Notes: a model not told the origin generated them from the sequence alone. A DNA stretch of 64,000 nt from Patescibacteria group bacterium (GCA_038062175.1 JBBTXR010000001.1:9420-73419), one strand, 5' to 3'; positions 1-10,329 are shown, counted from the stretch's first letter. Numbers and translations: made by a program.

Positions 1-33
1 AGGCCATTTCAGGCATGCTTCATGCTCTGTGCA

Positions 34-816
34 TTAGTTCCGAAGTGTTTGCGCAAGCGAAAGCCAATCATGAAGAGAAAGATCCTCCGCACGCACCTTT
101 TCAGGAAGAGAAAGTGACTTCAAGACTGCCGCTACCTCCCCTCGCGGAACCAGTGCCTCAAGATTTTTGACCAACTGCTTTCGCTTATGTCCAAAGCCGG
201 TACGGAGCACGGCAAAGAACCAATCCTCCTCAGCCTGGGTCGGAAAGGCATCTTTTGAGATGTTCTGTATTGAAAGGACGGCCGAATCTACCTTTGGTGC
301 AGGCACAAAAGCACCACGGGGCACGGTGAACCTATATATAGGAGTGCCATATACCCGTACGGCAATGGAAAGCAGGCTTCCCTTGGGGTCCCGAACGATG
401 CGATCCGCTACCTCTTTTTGCACCAAAAGGGTCATAGACCGAGGTTTTTGGCTACGGGAGAGGAACATCCGAAGCAATTCCCCAGTAATGTAGTACGGAA
501 TATTGGCGACTAGATGATAGTCCTCGGGAAGAATGGAGAGATCGACACTTCGGACGTCTCCTTGTACGAGACGGAGCCTCCCTTCTGCAACCTCATTCGC
601 AAACCGCTCTTCAAGGGTGGGGATGAGGGTATGATCAGCCTCAACGGCAACCACCGACATTCCCGTCGTTAGAAGTGCGCTCGTGAGCATGCCGGTACCC
701 GGCCCTATCTCAAGCACTACTGCCCTTTCCGGAAGCTCTGCTGCCTCAACAATACGCTGCGCCGTTTGCGCATGCATGAGGAAATTCTGCCCGAGTGACT
801 TCTTAGCAAATGCCAT
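34..816 (-). CDS. rsmA: 16S rRNA m6,2A dimethyltransferase KsgA/RsmA
   Basis: KKSLGQNFL, VLEIGPGTG, ANIPYYIT, F.PAPKVDSAV motifs. Confidence 0.97.
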   Translation of the reverse strand: MAFAKKSLGQNFLMHAQTAQRIVEAAELPERAVVLEIGPGTGMLTSALLTTGMSVVAVEADHTLIPTLEERFANEVAEGRLRLVQGDVRSVDLSILPEDYHLVANIPYYITGELLRMFLSRSQKPRSMTLLVQKEVADRIVRDPKGSLLSIAVRVYGTPIYRFTVPRGAFVPAPKVDSAVLSIQNISKDAFPTQAEEDWFFAVLRTGFGHKRKQLVKNLEALVPRGEVAAVLKSLSLPEKVRAEDLSLHDWLSLAQTLRN

Positions 817-2720
817 TAGTCTATTATCACCTCTCCCGACCCATCTGGGGGCACGGAATACATAAGCCCCTCGTCGATGTCATAGAGGAAGTGCGAAGGC
901 TCGGCGAAGTAGTCAGTGCCATAAAGACGGCGAACGCGCGCAAGGGTGAGCGTGAGACGCTTCCTTGCGCGGGTGACGGCGACATAAAAAAGGCGGCGCT
1001 CTTCTTCCTCATCGCGCTCCCCCTCCCCCATTCCCTCATGTGGGAAGAGTCCCTGCTCCATGCCGGTCACAAACACGCTATCGAACTCAAGTCCCTTAGC
1101 TGCGTGTACGGTCATGAGGGTGACGCCGGTCTCTCCGGGCTTCCGGTCGAGCTCGTCTTGATCTCCTGCAAGCGCGGTATCTGCAAGAAATGCCGCGATT
1201 CCCTCTTCTCCCGGCGTGAGGTCATAGCGGCTGGCAAGCGTTGCAAGCTCGCGTGCGTTTTCAAGGCGATCCAGATCCTCCTCCCCTCCCTTTTGAAGAC
1301 TCGTTGCGAGTCCACTCTTCTCAATGACTGAACGAACAAACACTGAAGGAAGTGCGGTCTTCGCCTCTTCATGCAGTTCTTGTACGAGTCGCTCGAATGC
1401 TTCTACCTTCGTGCGCTCCCCCGCTTTCAGCTCATCGCGCTTCCCAGCGACAAGCTTGCCGAGGGTTACCTTTCCAATGCCACGAGGCGGCGACTGCACT
1501 GCGCGCATTCGATCCGCTTCACGCGTTGGTTCAAGCGAAAGCTTGATCCACGCAAGAACATCTTTAATCTCCTTACGATCGAGAAACCGCGTACCTAGGA
1601 GTTTATACGGTACTCCTGCATGCAGAAATGCTTCCTCGATCGCTCTCGATTGAAAGTTAGTTCGATACAGCACAGCAATCTCGGACGCAGGGGTGCCGCG
1701 CGCGATCTCAGAACGTGCCTGTCGCGCAACATAGCGAGCCTCTTCTTCTGCAGTGTCTGCCACGTACATGCGGATTGGGTCACCATCCGGGTTGTCCGTT
1801 ACTGAAATCTTTTCTTTACGGTTGTGGTTCTTCTCGATGATCTGGTTAGCGGCCTCAACGATCGTTCTTGTAGACCGGTAGTTATGTGCAAGCACGATCG
1901 TGCGTGCTGATGGGTAGGTCTGTTCAAAAGAAAGAAGGTTTTCGATCGTTGCACCACGCCAGGTGTAGATCGTCTGATCGATGTCACCGACGACGAAGAT
2001 GTTTCCGTGATTTGCAGCTAGATATCCCGCGAGCTCCCCCTGGAGTGCGTTAGTGTCCTGGTACTCATCAACATGTACGTATGAGAACAGATCTGCTGCC
2101 TGTGCACGCACGTCGTCATGTGCTTTCAAAAGCTGCACCGGAAGACAGATGAGGTCATCGAAATCGAGTGACTTCTCCTTCTTGAGAGTATTGTCGTATT
2201 TCTCCCACACTTCAGAAGTAACACGATTCCGGAAACTATCGCGGCCATGCTTTTCCTTAAACGCCTGCGCAGTCATTCCCTCCCCCTTCGCCTTGCTGAT
2301 GCGCGACAGAATTGTCCGAGGAGGCACTTCCTTTGGATCCACATCAAGCGCTTTAAGCGCTTCTTTGATTGCGCGCTCCGAATCATCTCGATCGAAGATG
2401 CTGAAGTAGCGGGGTACGCCAATCCGAGAACCAAATCGCTCAAGGAGTACTCTGCCGAGTCCGTGGAACGTGACTACGAGCGGAAGCGGTGAGTCACCGA
2501 GCCTCTGTGCAAGACGCTCCCGCATCTCTCTCGCTGCCTTATTGGTAAAGGTCACCGCAAGTATCTTCTCCGAGGGCACACCCTGCTTAATAAGGTGGTA
2601 GATACGGGTGGTCAGCACACGTGTTTTCCCTGATCCGGCCCCAGCCAAGACCGAGATCGCTCCCTCGGTTGCGAGCACTGCGTCTCGCTGTGCGTCATTC
2701 AAGCCTTCAAGGTGCTGCAT
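816..2720 (-). CDS. pcrA: UvrD/PcrA SF1 DNA helicase
   Basis: AGAGSGKT, VDEYQD, VGDIDQTIY, NYRS, TVHAAKGLEF, EERRLFYVAVTRA. Start taken at ATG 2720, downstream of TATATT. Confidence 0.95.
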   Translation of the reverse strand: MQHLEGLNDAQRDAVLATEGAISVLAGAGSGKTRVLTTRIYHLIKQGVPSEKILAVTFTNKAAREMRERLAQRLGDSPLPLVVTFHGLGRVLLERFGSRIGVPRYFSIFDRDDSERAIKEALKALDVDPKEVPPRTILSRISKAKGEGMTAQAFKEKHGRDSFRNRVTSEVWEKYDNTLKKEKSLDFDDLICLPVQLLKAHDDVRAQAADLFSYVHVDEYQDTNALQGELAGYLAANHGNIFVVGDIDQTIYTWRGATIENLLSFEQTYPSARTIVLAHNYRSTRTIVEAANQIIEKNHNRKEKISVTDNPDGDPIRMYVADTAEEEARYVARQARSEIARGTPASEIAVLYRTNFQSRAIEEAFLHAGVPYKLLGTRFLDRKEIKDVLAWIKLSLEPTREADRMRAVQSPPRGIGKVTLGKLVAGKRDELKAGERTKVEAFERLVQELHEEAKTALPSVFVRSVIEKSGLATSLQKGGEEDLDRLENARELATLASRYDLTPGEEGIAAFLADTALAGDQDELDRKPGETGVTLMTVHAAKGLEFDSVFVTGMEQGLFPHEGMGEGERDEEEERRLFYVAVTRARKRLTLTLARVRRLYGTDYFAEPSHFLYDIDEGLMYSVPPDGSGEVIID

Positions 2721-2892
2721 GTCGCTCAAATATACCTTGAGCAGACACTATCCACGGCATTTCTTGACCTTTTTACCAAAAATTGGCTCTCAACAGTCTG
2801 TGTATTGTCGAGGTTGACCTCAGTTCCCTACCCTTTATACTGGCTTCATCGAGTGAGATGCTGATACGCAAGGATGGCTTATATAAGCCATT

Positions 2893-4035
2893 TTGTATTC
2901 TGAAGAAACGCTGAATCAACCCCCTGGTTTCCTTATTTCAAATCCTCAACAGCCTTCCCGTTCAACCGCGAATGTCGCAAACGGAAATGCATATCGTGCG
3001 ATCGCCGTATTAATTGCGGCAGGCCTTACTCTTAGCCTCATCGCGCTTCTTATCCCACGTGCCGCGGGCGCCTTTTGGCCATTTAGGGGTGCTCAGGCCC
3101 AGGTTTCAGACACCCTTACGCATGACGCAAGCATGGAATTGCTTGCTGCGGCGGTGAACTCAGACCCCAATCCTAATAAAGGAGGGGGTGACCTCGCCCT
3201 TTCTGGTGACTCTGCCCTTCTCGCGAAGATGGGTCCCGAAGGCGCCATCTCACCAAAGCAGGCTGCAAAGACTGCCGCAAATGGTGGTGGCCAGATTTCT
3301 AGCTATACCGTTAAGGAGGGCGACAGTCTTTCTGAGATCGCCGAGCGCTTTGGTGTCACCGTAAATACCATCCTCTGGGCTAACGACATTAAGAGCGCAA
3401 ACCTCGTAAAGCCAGGTGACGATCTCCTCATCCTCCCTGTTTCAGGCCTTCAGTACACGGTGCGCGCAGGCGACACAATTTCCGGTATCGCAAAGAAATA
3501 CGGTGCAGATCCTGAAGAAGTCGCACTTTTCAATGGTCTTGAGTCTTCTGCCGACCTTAAGGCGGGTTCTGACATCATTGTCCCTGGTGGCGCCCTTCCA
3601 ACCACCAAGGCAAAGGTAGCTACCAAGTCTTCTACTGCTGCAAAGAGCTCAGGCGCAGCTGCTTCCCGTTCCCTCCCTGCTATCTCTGGTTACTTTGGTA
3701 ACCCCGTCCCAGGCGGCAAGATCAGTCAGGGCGTTCATGGTTATAACGGTATCGACGTTGCAGCGCCATCCGGCACCCCAATCTATGCAGCAGCCGCAGG
3801 TACGATTGTGGTCGCAAAGAATAACGATGGATACAACGGTGGCTACGGTAACTACATCGTAATCAGTCATGACAACGGTACCCAGACCCTGTACGCACAC
3901 ATGACGAGGACGGCAGTCTCAGGTGGCTCAGTCGGCAAGGGAGAACTCATCGGCTACGTAGGTAACACCGGACGCTCCACTGGTAACCATCTCCACTTTG
4001 AAGTACGCGGTGCGAAGAACCCGCTCGCAAACTAA
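2893..4035 (+). CDS. LysM x2 plus M23 peptidase, secreted or membrane-anchored (start uncertain)
   Basis: Two LysM repeats (YTVKEGDSLSEIA, YTVRAGDTISGIA), HGYNGID and HLHFEV M23 motifs. Confidence 0.92.
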   Translation: MYSEETLNQPPGFLISNPQQPSRSTANVANGNAYRAIAVLIAAGLTLSLIALLIPRAAGAFWPFRGAQAQVSDTLTHDASMELLAAAVNSDPNPNKGGGDLALSGDSALLAKMGPEGAISPKQAAKTAANGGGQISSYTVKEGDSLSEIAERFGVTVNTILWANDIKSANLVKPGDDLLILPVSGLQYTVRAGDTISGIAKKYGADPEEVALFNGLESSADLKAGSDIIVPGGALPTTKAKVATKSSTAAKSSGAAASRSLPAISGYFGNPVPGGKISQGVHGYNGIDVAAPSGTPIYAAAAGTIVVAKNNDGYNGGYGNYIVISHDNGTQTLYAHMTRTAVSGGSVGKGELIGYVGNTGRSTGNHLHFEVRGAKNPLAN

Positions 4036-4064
4036 GAAAACCCGCAAAAGCGGGTTTTCTCTTT
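4035..4064. terminator. Bidirectional intrinsic terminator
   Basis: AGAAAACCCGC-AAAA-GCGGGTTTTCT between convergent genes. Confidence 0.85.
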
Positions 4065-4082
4065 GTGGGTGATGACAGTTCG

Positions 4083-4595
4083 CTATCCAATTAGTCCTCT
4101 TACTTGTTTATAGACCTCCTCGGGACTTAGGATACTTGCATCGATAAAGACTGCGTTAGGCCTGGTCTCCTTTAAGGCCTGCGATAGATTCCATAAGTGC
4201 TCGACTCCTTCAAGAGTAAGCAAACCATTAGGATTGAATCCCCTCTTTTGCGCTCTATCCATTACGATCTCCTTCTCTGCGGTAATTACGATTTCGTATA
4301 TATCAGCGCTATGTTTTTCTCCAACACTAACCAGTGCGTCGAGAGTTTGGTCATCGTTAAGTATTGCCTTATCAATGATGACGTCATGACCCTCTAAAAG
4401 GTATGTATCGACTGCTGCCAACGTCATCTTATAGGCCAAAACCTGACTTTCTCTCCTGTGTTCTCTCCATTCACTAATCTGTTTACGCCACGTGTCCACA
4501 ACGATCAGTAGAGACAATGGCATGTCTGCATGGAGTTTCTCGGCAACGGTAGATTTTCCGACACCGGGAGGTCCATTGAGGATTATCAATTTCAT
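4083..4595 (-). CDS. Small P-loop kinase (nucleotide-kinase/AAA_33-like)
   Basis: N-terminal LIILNGPPGVGKST Walker A, 170 aa. Confidence 0.8.
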   Translation of the reverse strand: MKLIILNGPPGVGKSTVAEKLHADMPLSLLIVVDTWRKQISEWREHRRESQVLAYKMTLAAVDTYLLEGHDVIIDKAILNDDQTLDALVSVGEKHSADIYEIVITAEKEIVMDRAQKRGFNPNGLLTLEGVEHLWNLSQALKETRPNAVFIDASILSPEEVYKQVRGLIG

Positions 4596-4636
4596 AGGTG
4601 AATCTTAGCAAAGTCGCCGCTAGAGCAGATTTCGAA

Positions 4637-4662
4637 AACAGGACCGGTTTCCCGGTCCTGTT
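4637..4662. terminator. Hairpin terminator
   Basis: AACAGGACCGG-TTTC-CCGGTCCTGTT. Confidence 0.7.
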
Positions 4663-4664
4663 CG

Positions 4665-5342
4665 TTACACTACTGCTTCTTCAGTCGGTACTAACGAGAG
4701 TGTCTCCGACAGCGTTCGATACGCGTGCACCATCGCAAGTACAGTGGTTGGAATCGTCACCAGGAGTCCAATCACGAGTGCGAGGAGGCCCAGAAGGTTG
4801 ATACCGATAACCGCGAGAAGGAGGAAGAAGATCTGGAGGCGATGTCCCTTGGTTATGCGAGCGCTTTCTTTAAGTGCATCGATTGGTCCCAGGTCCTTAT
4901 CAACTACGAGATAGAGTGCAAACCCGAACACGAGTGACACGACGAGTGCAGGAATTATGAGGATGGCGAGCACCACGTCCGGTAGCTTCAGAAGAACAAG
5001 GGCGAGATATGGAAGGCCAATGAAGAGCCATAGGAGGACCGAGGTGCAGAGGAATCTCCAGTAGGCCTTCGGGTACCAAAGATCCTTAACACGTGCGGCT
5101 GCAGGAGCGTCATGTGCCTTTAGGAATAGGTGCGTGTGCCCCACTGCATACACCATAGAAATAAGGAGGGCGACCAAAATGCCGAGCGTTGCTGCAACAA
5201 CGTCTCCCGCAGTTGCCTCCTCAATCATTGTTGTGACGCCTTCAATGACGACACCGATGGCGAGCGCAAGGATAAGGAGCCAGGGACGCTTTTTAAAGGT
5301 CTCCCATCCAAACCGAAGGCAGTCTTTAATGGAAAGCGTCAT
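4665..5342 (-). CDS. Integral membrane protein (DUF975-like)
   Basis: Multiple TM helices, GPIDALKES..ITKG motif. Confidence 0.75.
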   Translation of the reverse strand: MTLSIKDCLRFGWETFKKRPWLLILALAIGVVIEGVTTMIEEATAGDVVAATLGILVALLISMVYAVGHTHLFLKAHDAPAAARVKDLWYPKAYWRFLCTSVLLWLFIGLPYLALVLLKLPDVVLAILIIPALVVSLVFGFALYLVVDKDLGPIDALKESARITKGHRLQIFFLLLAVIGINLLGLLALVIGLLVTIPTTVLAMVHAYRTLSETLSLVPTEEAVV

Positions 5343-5344
5343 AT

Positions 5345-5698
5345 CTATGCATTTAGGTGTGCCTTGCAGGTCTTTGCTGCAGGCTCCGCTTCAAGACGAT
5401 CCTCTTCAATGAGCTCCCCTCCTTCCGTGCAGGTGCCGTAGGTTCCGTTCTCTACGCGTGCAAGCGCAGCAACGACGTCGTTGTATCGATTCTCAAGATC
5501 AGTAAGGATGGCGCTGTTATCACCATACCCTTCCATAAGGTCAGCCTGATCGTTCGGGTCTGCCTCCTGCCCCACCTCGGGCGGTACTGCCTCCCAGTCT
5601 GCAGGGTTTGAAGGGTTGCGGCGACCAACGGTTGCAAGCTCTGCCTCAAGTGTTGCCTTCTCGCTCTGAAGTCGCTCTTTGAAGTGTTCGATGTTCAT
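5345..5698 (-). CDS. TraR/DksA family protein
   Basis: Coiled coil with DPNDQA tip. GTYGTC..GELIEEDRLEA.P.AKTC..H (2 Cys plus His variant). Confidence 0.85.
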   Translation of the reverse strand: MNIEHFKERLQSEKATLEAELATVGRRNPSNPADWEAVPPEVGQEADPNDQADLMEGYGDNSAILTDLENRYNDVVAALARVENGTYGTCTEGGELIEEDRLEAEPAAKTCKAHLNA

Positions 5699-5719
5699 GA
5701 AGCGTACTTTATCACACTC

Positions 5720-6961
5720 CTACTTCCCTGCGGAAAGACGGGAGACGAGGTTTTCATACGCTGCCTCATCCCGAGCGAGGATAAGGAGATCCTTGGTGAC
5801 GTAGCCGTAGAGCATGAGTGTCTGCCCTGCTGTATCTTTAAGCACTCGTACATCGTGGTTGGCGACGATTGCGTCTGCAAAGGTTGGGAGTGGACGAACA
5901 GGTTCTGCAAACGTTGGTGTTGAAGTGGCGATAGGTTCGCTTGTCCCTGTAGGCGCAAGACTACCTGCGTTCTTTGCGGGGTACAGAGTCATCAGATCCT
6001 GCGCCATGCTGACCTCCCAGGCGAGCATGCCTGCGAATGTTCGCTCGTAGGAGGAGACCTTGAACACAAAGAAGGGTCTCGTTTCACTACCGGCATGGAT
6101 GATACCCACCGTGCTCTCACTGGTGACATTTCTAAGCAGAATCTCAGGAGCAGGAAGCTGCATGGCGCTTACAAGTGCGCCACCGGAGAGTGGTGTCTCG
6201 ATCACCTTCCCTTTCGGTGTGGTGGTTGATTCAGAGAGGTAGAGCACCAGTACGTGACCATCGGGCACTGGTTCGTTAGCAAGTGCGGCTATCTCACTCA
6301 TGAGGTCAGGTCCAGCACTCGTAAGACGCACCTGTTCATCAGCGAACACGAGTGAGGGTGCGGAAAGTACTCCGCCCGGTAACGTATTTGAGCGAATGAC
6401 ATACCAGGCAGCTGTACCAAGACCTGCACCGCCGAGCACGATCATTGCAACCGCTGCGGTGACCATAAGCATGTTCTTCTTTTTTGCAGGCGCTATAGAA
6501 GCAACGGGCTTTGCATCCTGTTGCGCTGCAAGTACGGAGAACGTAGACGCACCCTTTTGGTCGATGTGATCAGCAAAGTCGCTCTTATACGTGTGGATTG
6601 GAGAGGCGGTCGTAGATTCTCTCGTAACAGGCGGCACGGGAGGAGGTGGAGGGGCGGGCGGCTCAAATACTGACTTAGGAGGTGGAGGTGGCGCCTCAGC
6701 ACGCATTTTCCGATCCTCCTCTACCTTTTGTCGCAAGCGCGCAAGTGTCGCTTCACGCTCTGGGTCGACCGCAGGCGTTGGCGGTACGTACGCAGATACT
6801 TCCCTCCTAGGTTGTGGAGATGGAAGAGGTTGAACTGTTGATGGCGAGACACGCTGTGGTTCTGGTGCGTTGTTCTGTGACCCGGTAAGTGCAGCAACAT
6901 CCTTCGCATAGGTGCGAATGAACTTCGACTTATCATTTCGTGGCTGCTGCGTATCACTCAT
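5720..6961 (-). CDS. Hypothetical single-pass membrane protein with Pro-rich N-terminal region
   Basis: 413-aa ORF, repeated (R/H)TY..D motif, one TM helix. Confidence 0.75.
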   Translation of the reverse strand: MSDTQQPRNDKSKFIRTYAKDVAALTGSQNNAPEPQRVSPSTVQPLPSPQPRREVSAYVPPTPAVDPEREATLARLRQKVEEDRKMRAEAPPPPPKSVFEPPAPPPPPVPPVTRESTTASPIHTYKSDFADHIDQKGASTFSVLAAQQDAKPVASIAPAKKKNMLMVTAAVAMIVLGGAGLGTAAWYVIRSNTLPGGVLSAPSLVFADEQVRLTSAGPDLMSEIAALANEPVPDGHVLVLYLSESTTTPKGKVIETPLSGGALVSAMQLPAPEILLRNVTSESTVGIIHAGSETRPFFVFKVSSYERTFAGMLAWEVSMAQDLMTLYPAKNAGSLAPTGTSEPIATSTPTFAEPVRPLPTFADAIVANHDVRVLKDTAGQTLMLYGYVTKDLLILARDEAAYENLVSRLSAGK

Positions 6962-6983
6962 GCGCTATATCAAAGTATAACCG

Positions 6984-7017
6984 GAACAGCCCCCGCACGT
7001 TTGTGCGGGGGCTGTTC
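6984..7017. terminator. Hairpin terminator
   Basis: GAACAGCCCCCGCAC-GTTT-GTGCGGGGGCTGTTC. Confidence 0.85.
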
Positions 7018-7024
7018 TTCTTTC

Positions 7025-7546
7025 TTATATTGCTCCTCGATGTCCGATGATGAACTTCTTTGGGTTCTCGCACATGTCAGTGAATGCGTGTGCGGCCTCT
7101 TTGAGTTTCTGTGAGGAAGACTTCCCGAAGGAGATCACTTCCACCTGACAACCCTCGTTCATATCGAGGTATTCAATGAGCGGAACGAAGTCACCGTCGC
7201 CTGATGCGATGATGACGGTATCGAGCTTGGGTGCGAGCTTTACGGCGTCGATAGCAAGTCCGACGTCCCAGTCAGCCTTCTTGGCACCATCGGAGAAGAC
7301 CTGAAGGCCTTTCACCTTGGTTTCGATACCAATTTTAGTGAGTGCCTCAAAGAAGTTCTTCTCGTCACCTGCCTCTGTCGAGATGACGTAGGCGATGGCT
7401 CGCACGAGGACGCGGTTGCCGACTGCCTCTTCGAGGACGTTGGCGAAGTTTACGCGAGATTTATAAAGGTGCTTGGCGCTGTGGTAGAGGTTCTGAGTGT
7501 CTATGAAAACCCCGACACGCTGCGCCGGATGTTTGATCACGGGCAT
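7025..7546 (-). CDS. NYN domain (LabA/DUF88) PIN-like protein
   Basis: VFIDTQNLY, KADWDVGLAID, SGDGDF motifs. Confidence 0.92.
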   Translation of the reverse strand: MPVIKHPAQRVGVFIDTQNLYHSAKHLYKSRVNFANVLEEAVGNRVLVRAIAYVISTEAGDEKNFFEALTKIGIETKVKGLQVFSDGAKKADWDVGLAIDAVKLAPKLDTVIIASGDGDFVPLIEYLDMNEGCQVEVISFGKSSSQKLKEAAHAFTDMCENPKKFIIGHRGAI

Positions 7547-7628
7547 AGCGGTAACGTATTAAAAATAAGTAACAAAGTAATGATAGCACCTGCTTAGAAA
7601 CGAAAATCGCGGGTGGCCCCGCGATTCC

Positions 7629-7895
7629 CTACTTCTTCAAACCGAGCTTCTTGATGAGGGCGTTGTATCCCCTCTTGTTGCTCTTCTCAAGGTAGCGAAG
7701 ATGGCTCCTTCGGTCAGCAACCATCTGAAGTAGGCCGCGACGTGAATGGAAATCCTTCTTATTCTTCTTAAGGTGAGCAGTTAGCTCTTCGATTTTACGG
7801 GAGAGGACAGCGATCTGGACCGAGGCAGAGCCGGTATCGGTCGCATGAGCCGCTACATCCTTGATGACGCCCGTCTTTACGCGTTTCGTAAGCAT
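7629..7895 (-). CDS. rpsO: 30S ribosomal protein S15
   Basis: DTGSASVQIA, KDFHSRRGLL motifs. Confidence 0.97.
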   Translation of the reverse strand: MLTKRVKTGVIKDVAAHATDTGSASVQIAVLSRKIEELTAHLKKNKKDFHSRRGLLQMVADRRSHLRYLEKSNKRGYNALIKKLGLKK

Positions 7896-7999
7896 TGGCA
7901 CCACCTTACCACATCTTGATTAAAAGCGCAAGTGTTGTGGGGTGTTGTTGAGCTTTCCCGAGGAATATTGTGCGAAGTTCTGAATGGTAGAATCTCGCT

Positions 8000-8905
8000 A
8001 TGGATACTCGCTCAATGCTTCGCCAATTCCTCGAATATACCGAGATCGAGCGCGGCCGAGCGGTGAAAACCGTCGAAAACTACGAGCATTACCTCACTCG
8101 TTTCTTTGATCAGATGGAAATTAAGGAGATTTCCGACATTACCGAGGAGAAAATACGCGAATTCAGGCTCTGGCTGAATCGTCAGCCGGGCACGTCAGGT
8201 ACGATGAAGCGACGAACGCAGAACTATTACCTCATTGCGCTTCGTGCCTTTCTCAAATTCCTTCGGAAGCGCGGCATAGAAGGTCTAAATCCTGAGCGAA
8301 TCGAGCTTGCCAAGCTTCCTGAGCGTCAGATCGATCTTATTTCAAGCACTGAGCTTGAGCGATTGATTACTGCGACTGATGGTGTGGGAGAAAAAGCGTT
8401 ACGCGATAAGGCTATTCTTGAACTTCTCTTCTCTACCGGACTTCGTGTGTCTGAGCTTTGCGCCCTTAATTCAGATATCGATCTCTCGAGGGATGATCTG
8501 TCAGTGCGCGGTAAGGGAGAGAAGGTGCGGGTGGTATTTCTCTCAGAAGCAAGCAAACAGGCCGTGCGAGAGTACTTGAAGGTCAGGAAAGATATGGAGG
8601 AGGCGCTTTTTGTGAATATTCCCCGTGTCGGTACTGACTCCAAGAAGACCCCTACCCGCCTCACTCCTCGCGGTGTTCAGCTCACCATCAAGTACTACGC
8701 GACTAAGGCCGGCATTACTAAGAAGGTCACTCCGCACGTGCTCAGACACTCTTTTGCCACTGACCTCCTTTCAAACGGAGCTGATCTACGTTCGGTACAG
8801 GCGCTGCTTGGGCATGCGTCTATCAATACGACCCAGATCTATACGCATGTCACCGATGCCCATCTTCGGGAGGTACATAAGCGGTTTCATTCGAGACAGA
8901 AATAA
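8000..8905 (+). CDS. Chromosomal tyrosine recombinase (XerC/D-like)
   Basis: TGLRVSEL, GKGEKVR, HVLRHSFAT, LLGH, TQIYT catalytic residues. Confidence 0.92.
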   Translation: MDTRSMLRQFLEYTEIERGRAVKTVENYEHYLTRFFDQMEIKEISDITEEKIREFRLWLNRQPGTSGTMKRRTQNYYLIALRAFLKFLRKRGIEGLNPERIELAKLPERQIDLISSTELERLITATDGVGEKALRDKAILELLFSTGLRVSELCALNSDIDLSRDDLSVRGKGEKVRVVFLSEASKQAVREYLKVRKDMEEALFVNIPRVGTDSKKTPTRLTPRGVQLTIKYYATKAGITKKVTPHVLRHSFATDLLSNGADLRSVQALLGHASINTTQIYTHVTDAHLREVHKRFHSRQK

Positions 8906-8946
8906 ATGCGGCCGCCTTCCGGCAGCCGCACCGATGCTGACTTACG

Positions 8947-9450
8947 TTATGTAATTAGCGCCTCTCTCCGCTGTACTTCTGCGAACCACGATGTTGGGTA
9001 CTCGAGGATCTCAACGCCGAGCTTCTTGAGCAGTTCCCTTTCCCAAGACGCTCCGTGGGAACTTTCCCAATCAGGAAGAAAGATCGCTGTAGTAATTAGG
9101 CCGGAATGAAAGACGGGTCCATAGAAGCCTTCGAGGATCTGAACGTTGTACTCTTCGACCGGCATGCCAGGCCTAAAACCCGTTATGCGGATCATCATGT
9201 CCTGGAACACCATCTGGTTGAATACTTGTACTCCGTGCTCATGCATCACCTCCATGGCAATACGAAAGCGTGCCATATTCAGGTCGATGTGCCCGCGCCC
9301 TCCTGTCGACATGGGTCCGCAAAGCTGGACGACGTTTCCTCCGAGCTCGTAGAGGCGGCCTATGCAGGTGACCGCTATTGCTGCAGCCTTTTCTAAGTCC
9401 ATGAGTTCGGAAAGAGAAGCGAGCTCCTCCTCCGTCAGTTGGTCATGCAT
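8947..9450 (-). CDS. DUF4406 / nucleoside 2-deoxyribosyltransferase-like protein
   Basis: CGPMS near the N-terminus and FLPDWESSHGASWE near the C-terminus. Start at ATG 9450 after AAGGGG avoids overlap with xth. Confidence 0.65.
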   Translation of the reverse strand: MHDQLTEEELASLSELMDLEKAAAIAVTCIGRLYELGGNVVQLCGPMSTGGRGHIDLNMARFRIAMEVMHEHGVQVFNQMVFQDMMIRITGFRPGMPVEEYNVQILEGFYGPVFHSGLITTAIFLPDWESSHGASWERELLKKLGVEILEYPTSWFAEVQRREALIT

Positions 9451-9534
9451 TGGAATCCCCTTTTGGTCTGCCAAGAGGATATATGTTTGTGTACCATCAA
9501 ACAAGTTGCTGTCAGCATTTGGTACTATGCGCGT

Positions 9535-10329
9535 ATGCGCATCATGTCCTGGAACGTAAACGGGATTCGAGCCGTCCATAGGAAGGACGAGTTCATGCCG
9601 TTCATTAAGAAATACAAACCAGACATCCTCTGTCTCCAAGAAACCAAAGCGGAACAGGAGCAGTCCCCTCTCGATCTCACTGACTACGAGGAATACTGGA
9701 GTTCTGCGAAGAATAAGAAAGGATATAGCGGCACCGCCATCTTTACTAAGATGACGCCAAACGACGTCGTATACGGCATGCCCGAAGACATAGCCAAGAA
9801 GTACGGTCTTTCTGACGATAGCTATGGTGATCCAAACGAGGAGGGGCGTATCGTGGCCGCTGATATGTTCGATTTCTGGGTGGTATCGGTATATACCCCG
9901 AACGCTAAGGACGACCTCTCTCGCTTATCACTTCGGCATAAGCAATGGGATCCAGCATTCCTTGAATATATGAAGCGGCTTGAGGAGGAGAAACCCGTTA
10001 TTTTCTGCGGTGATTTGAATGTTGCCCACACTCCAGAGGATCTTGCTCGACCTGACGCTAATGTCGGAATGAAGGGCTTTACTGATGAGGAGCGAGAAGG
10101 CATCGACCAGGCTCTAAAAGCCGGGTTCATCGATACGCTCCGACTCTTCAAGAAAGAGGGCGGTTTATATACTTGGTGGAGTCCCTGGGGAAATGCGCGA
10201 GAACGTAATGTGGGCTGGCGCATCGATTACATCTTCGTTTCAAAGACATTTGCTAAGCACGTAAAGGCTGCAGACATTCACCCCGAGGTAATGGGCTCGG
10301 ACCACTGCCCTGTCTCAATCGATATATAG
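9535..10329 (+). CDS. xth: Exodeoxyribonuclease III / AP endonuclease
   Basis: SWNVNGIR, LQETK, GDLNVAH, GWRIDY, SDHCP motifs. Confidence 0.96.
   Translation: MRIMSWNVNGIRAVHRKDEFMPFIKKYKPDILCLQETKAEQEQSPLDLTDYEEYWSSAKNKKGYSGTAIFTKMTPNDVVYGMPEDIAKKYGLSDDSYGDPNEEGRIVAADMFDFWVVSVYTPNAKDDLSRLSLRHKQWDPAFLEYMKRLEEEKPVIFCGDLNVAHTPEDLARPDANVGMKGFTDEEREGIDQALKAGFIDTLRLFKKEGGLYTWWSPWGNARERNVGWRIDYIFVSKTFAKHVKAADIHPEVMGSDHCPVSIDI

Noticed and set aside
8000-8905. Prophage or island integrase
   Set aside because: Looks like a housekeeping Xer recombinase next to rpsO. No phage genes, att repeats or recognisable dif site seen.
9451-9639. N-terminal extensions making the 8947-9639 and 9439-10329 ORFs overlap head-to-head
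   Set aside because: Better starts at 9450 (SD) and 9535 (-10 box and xth N-terminus) remove the overlap.
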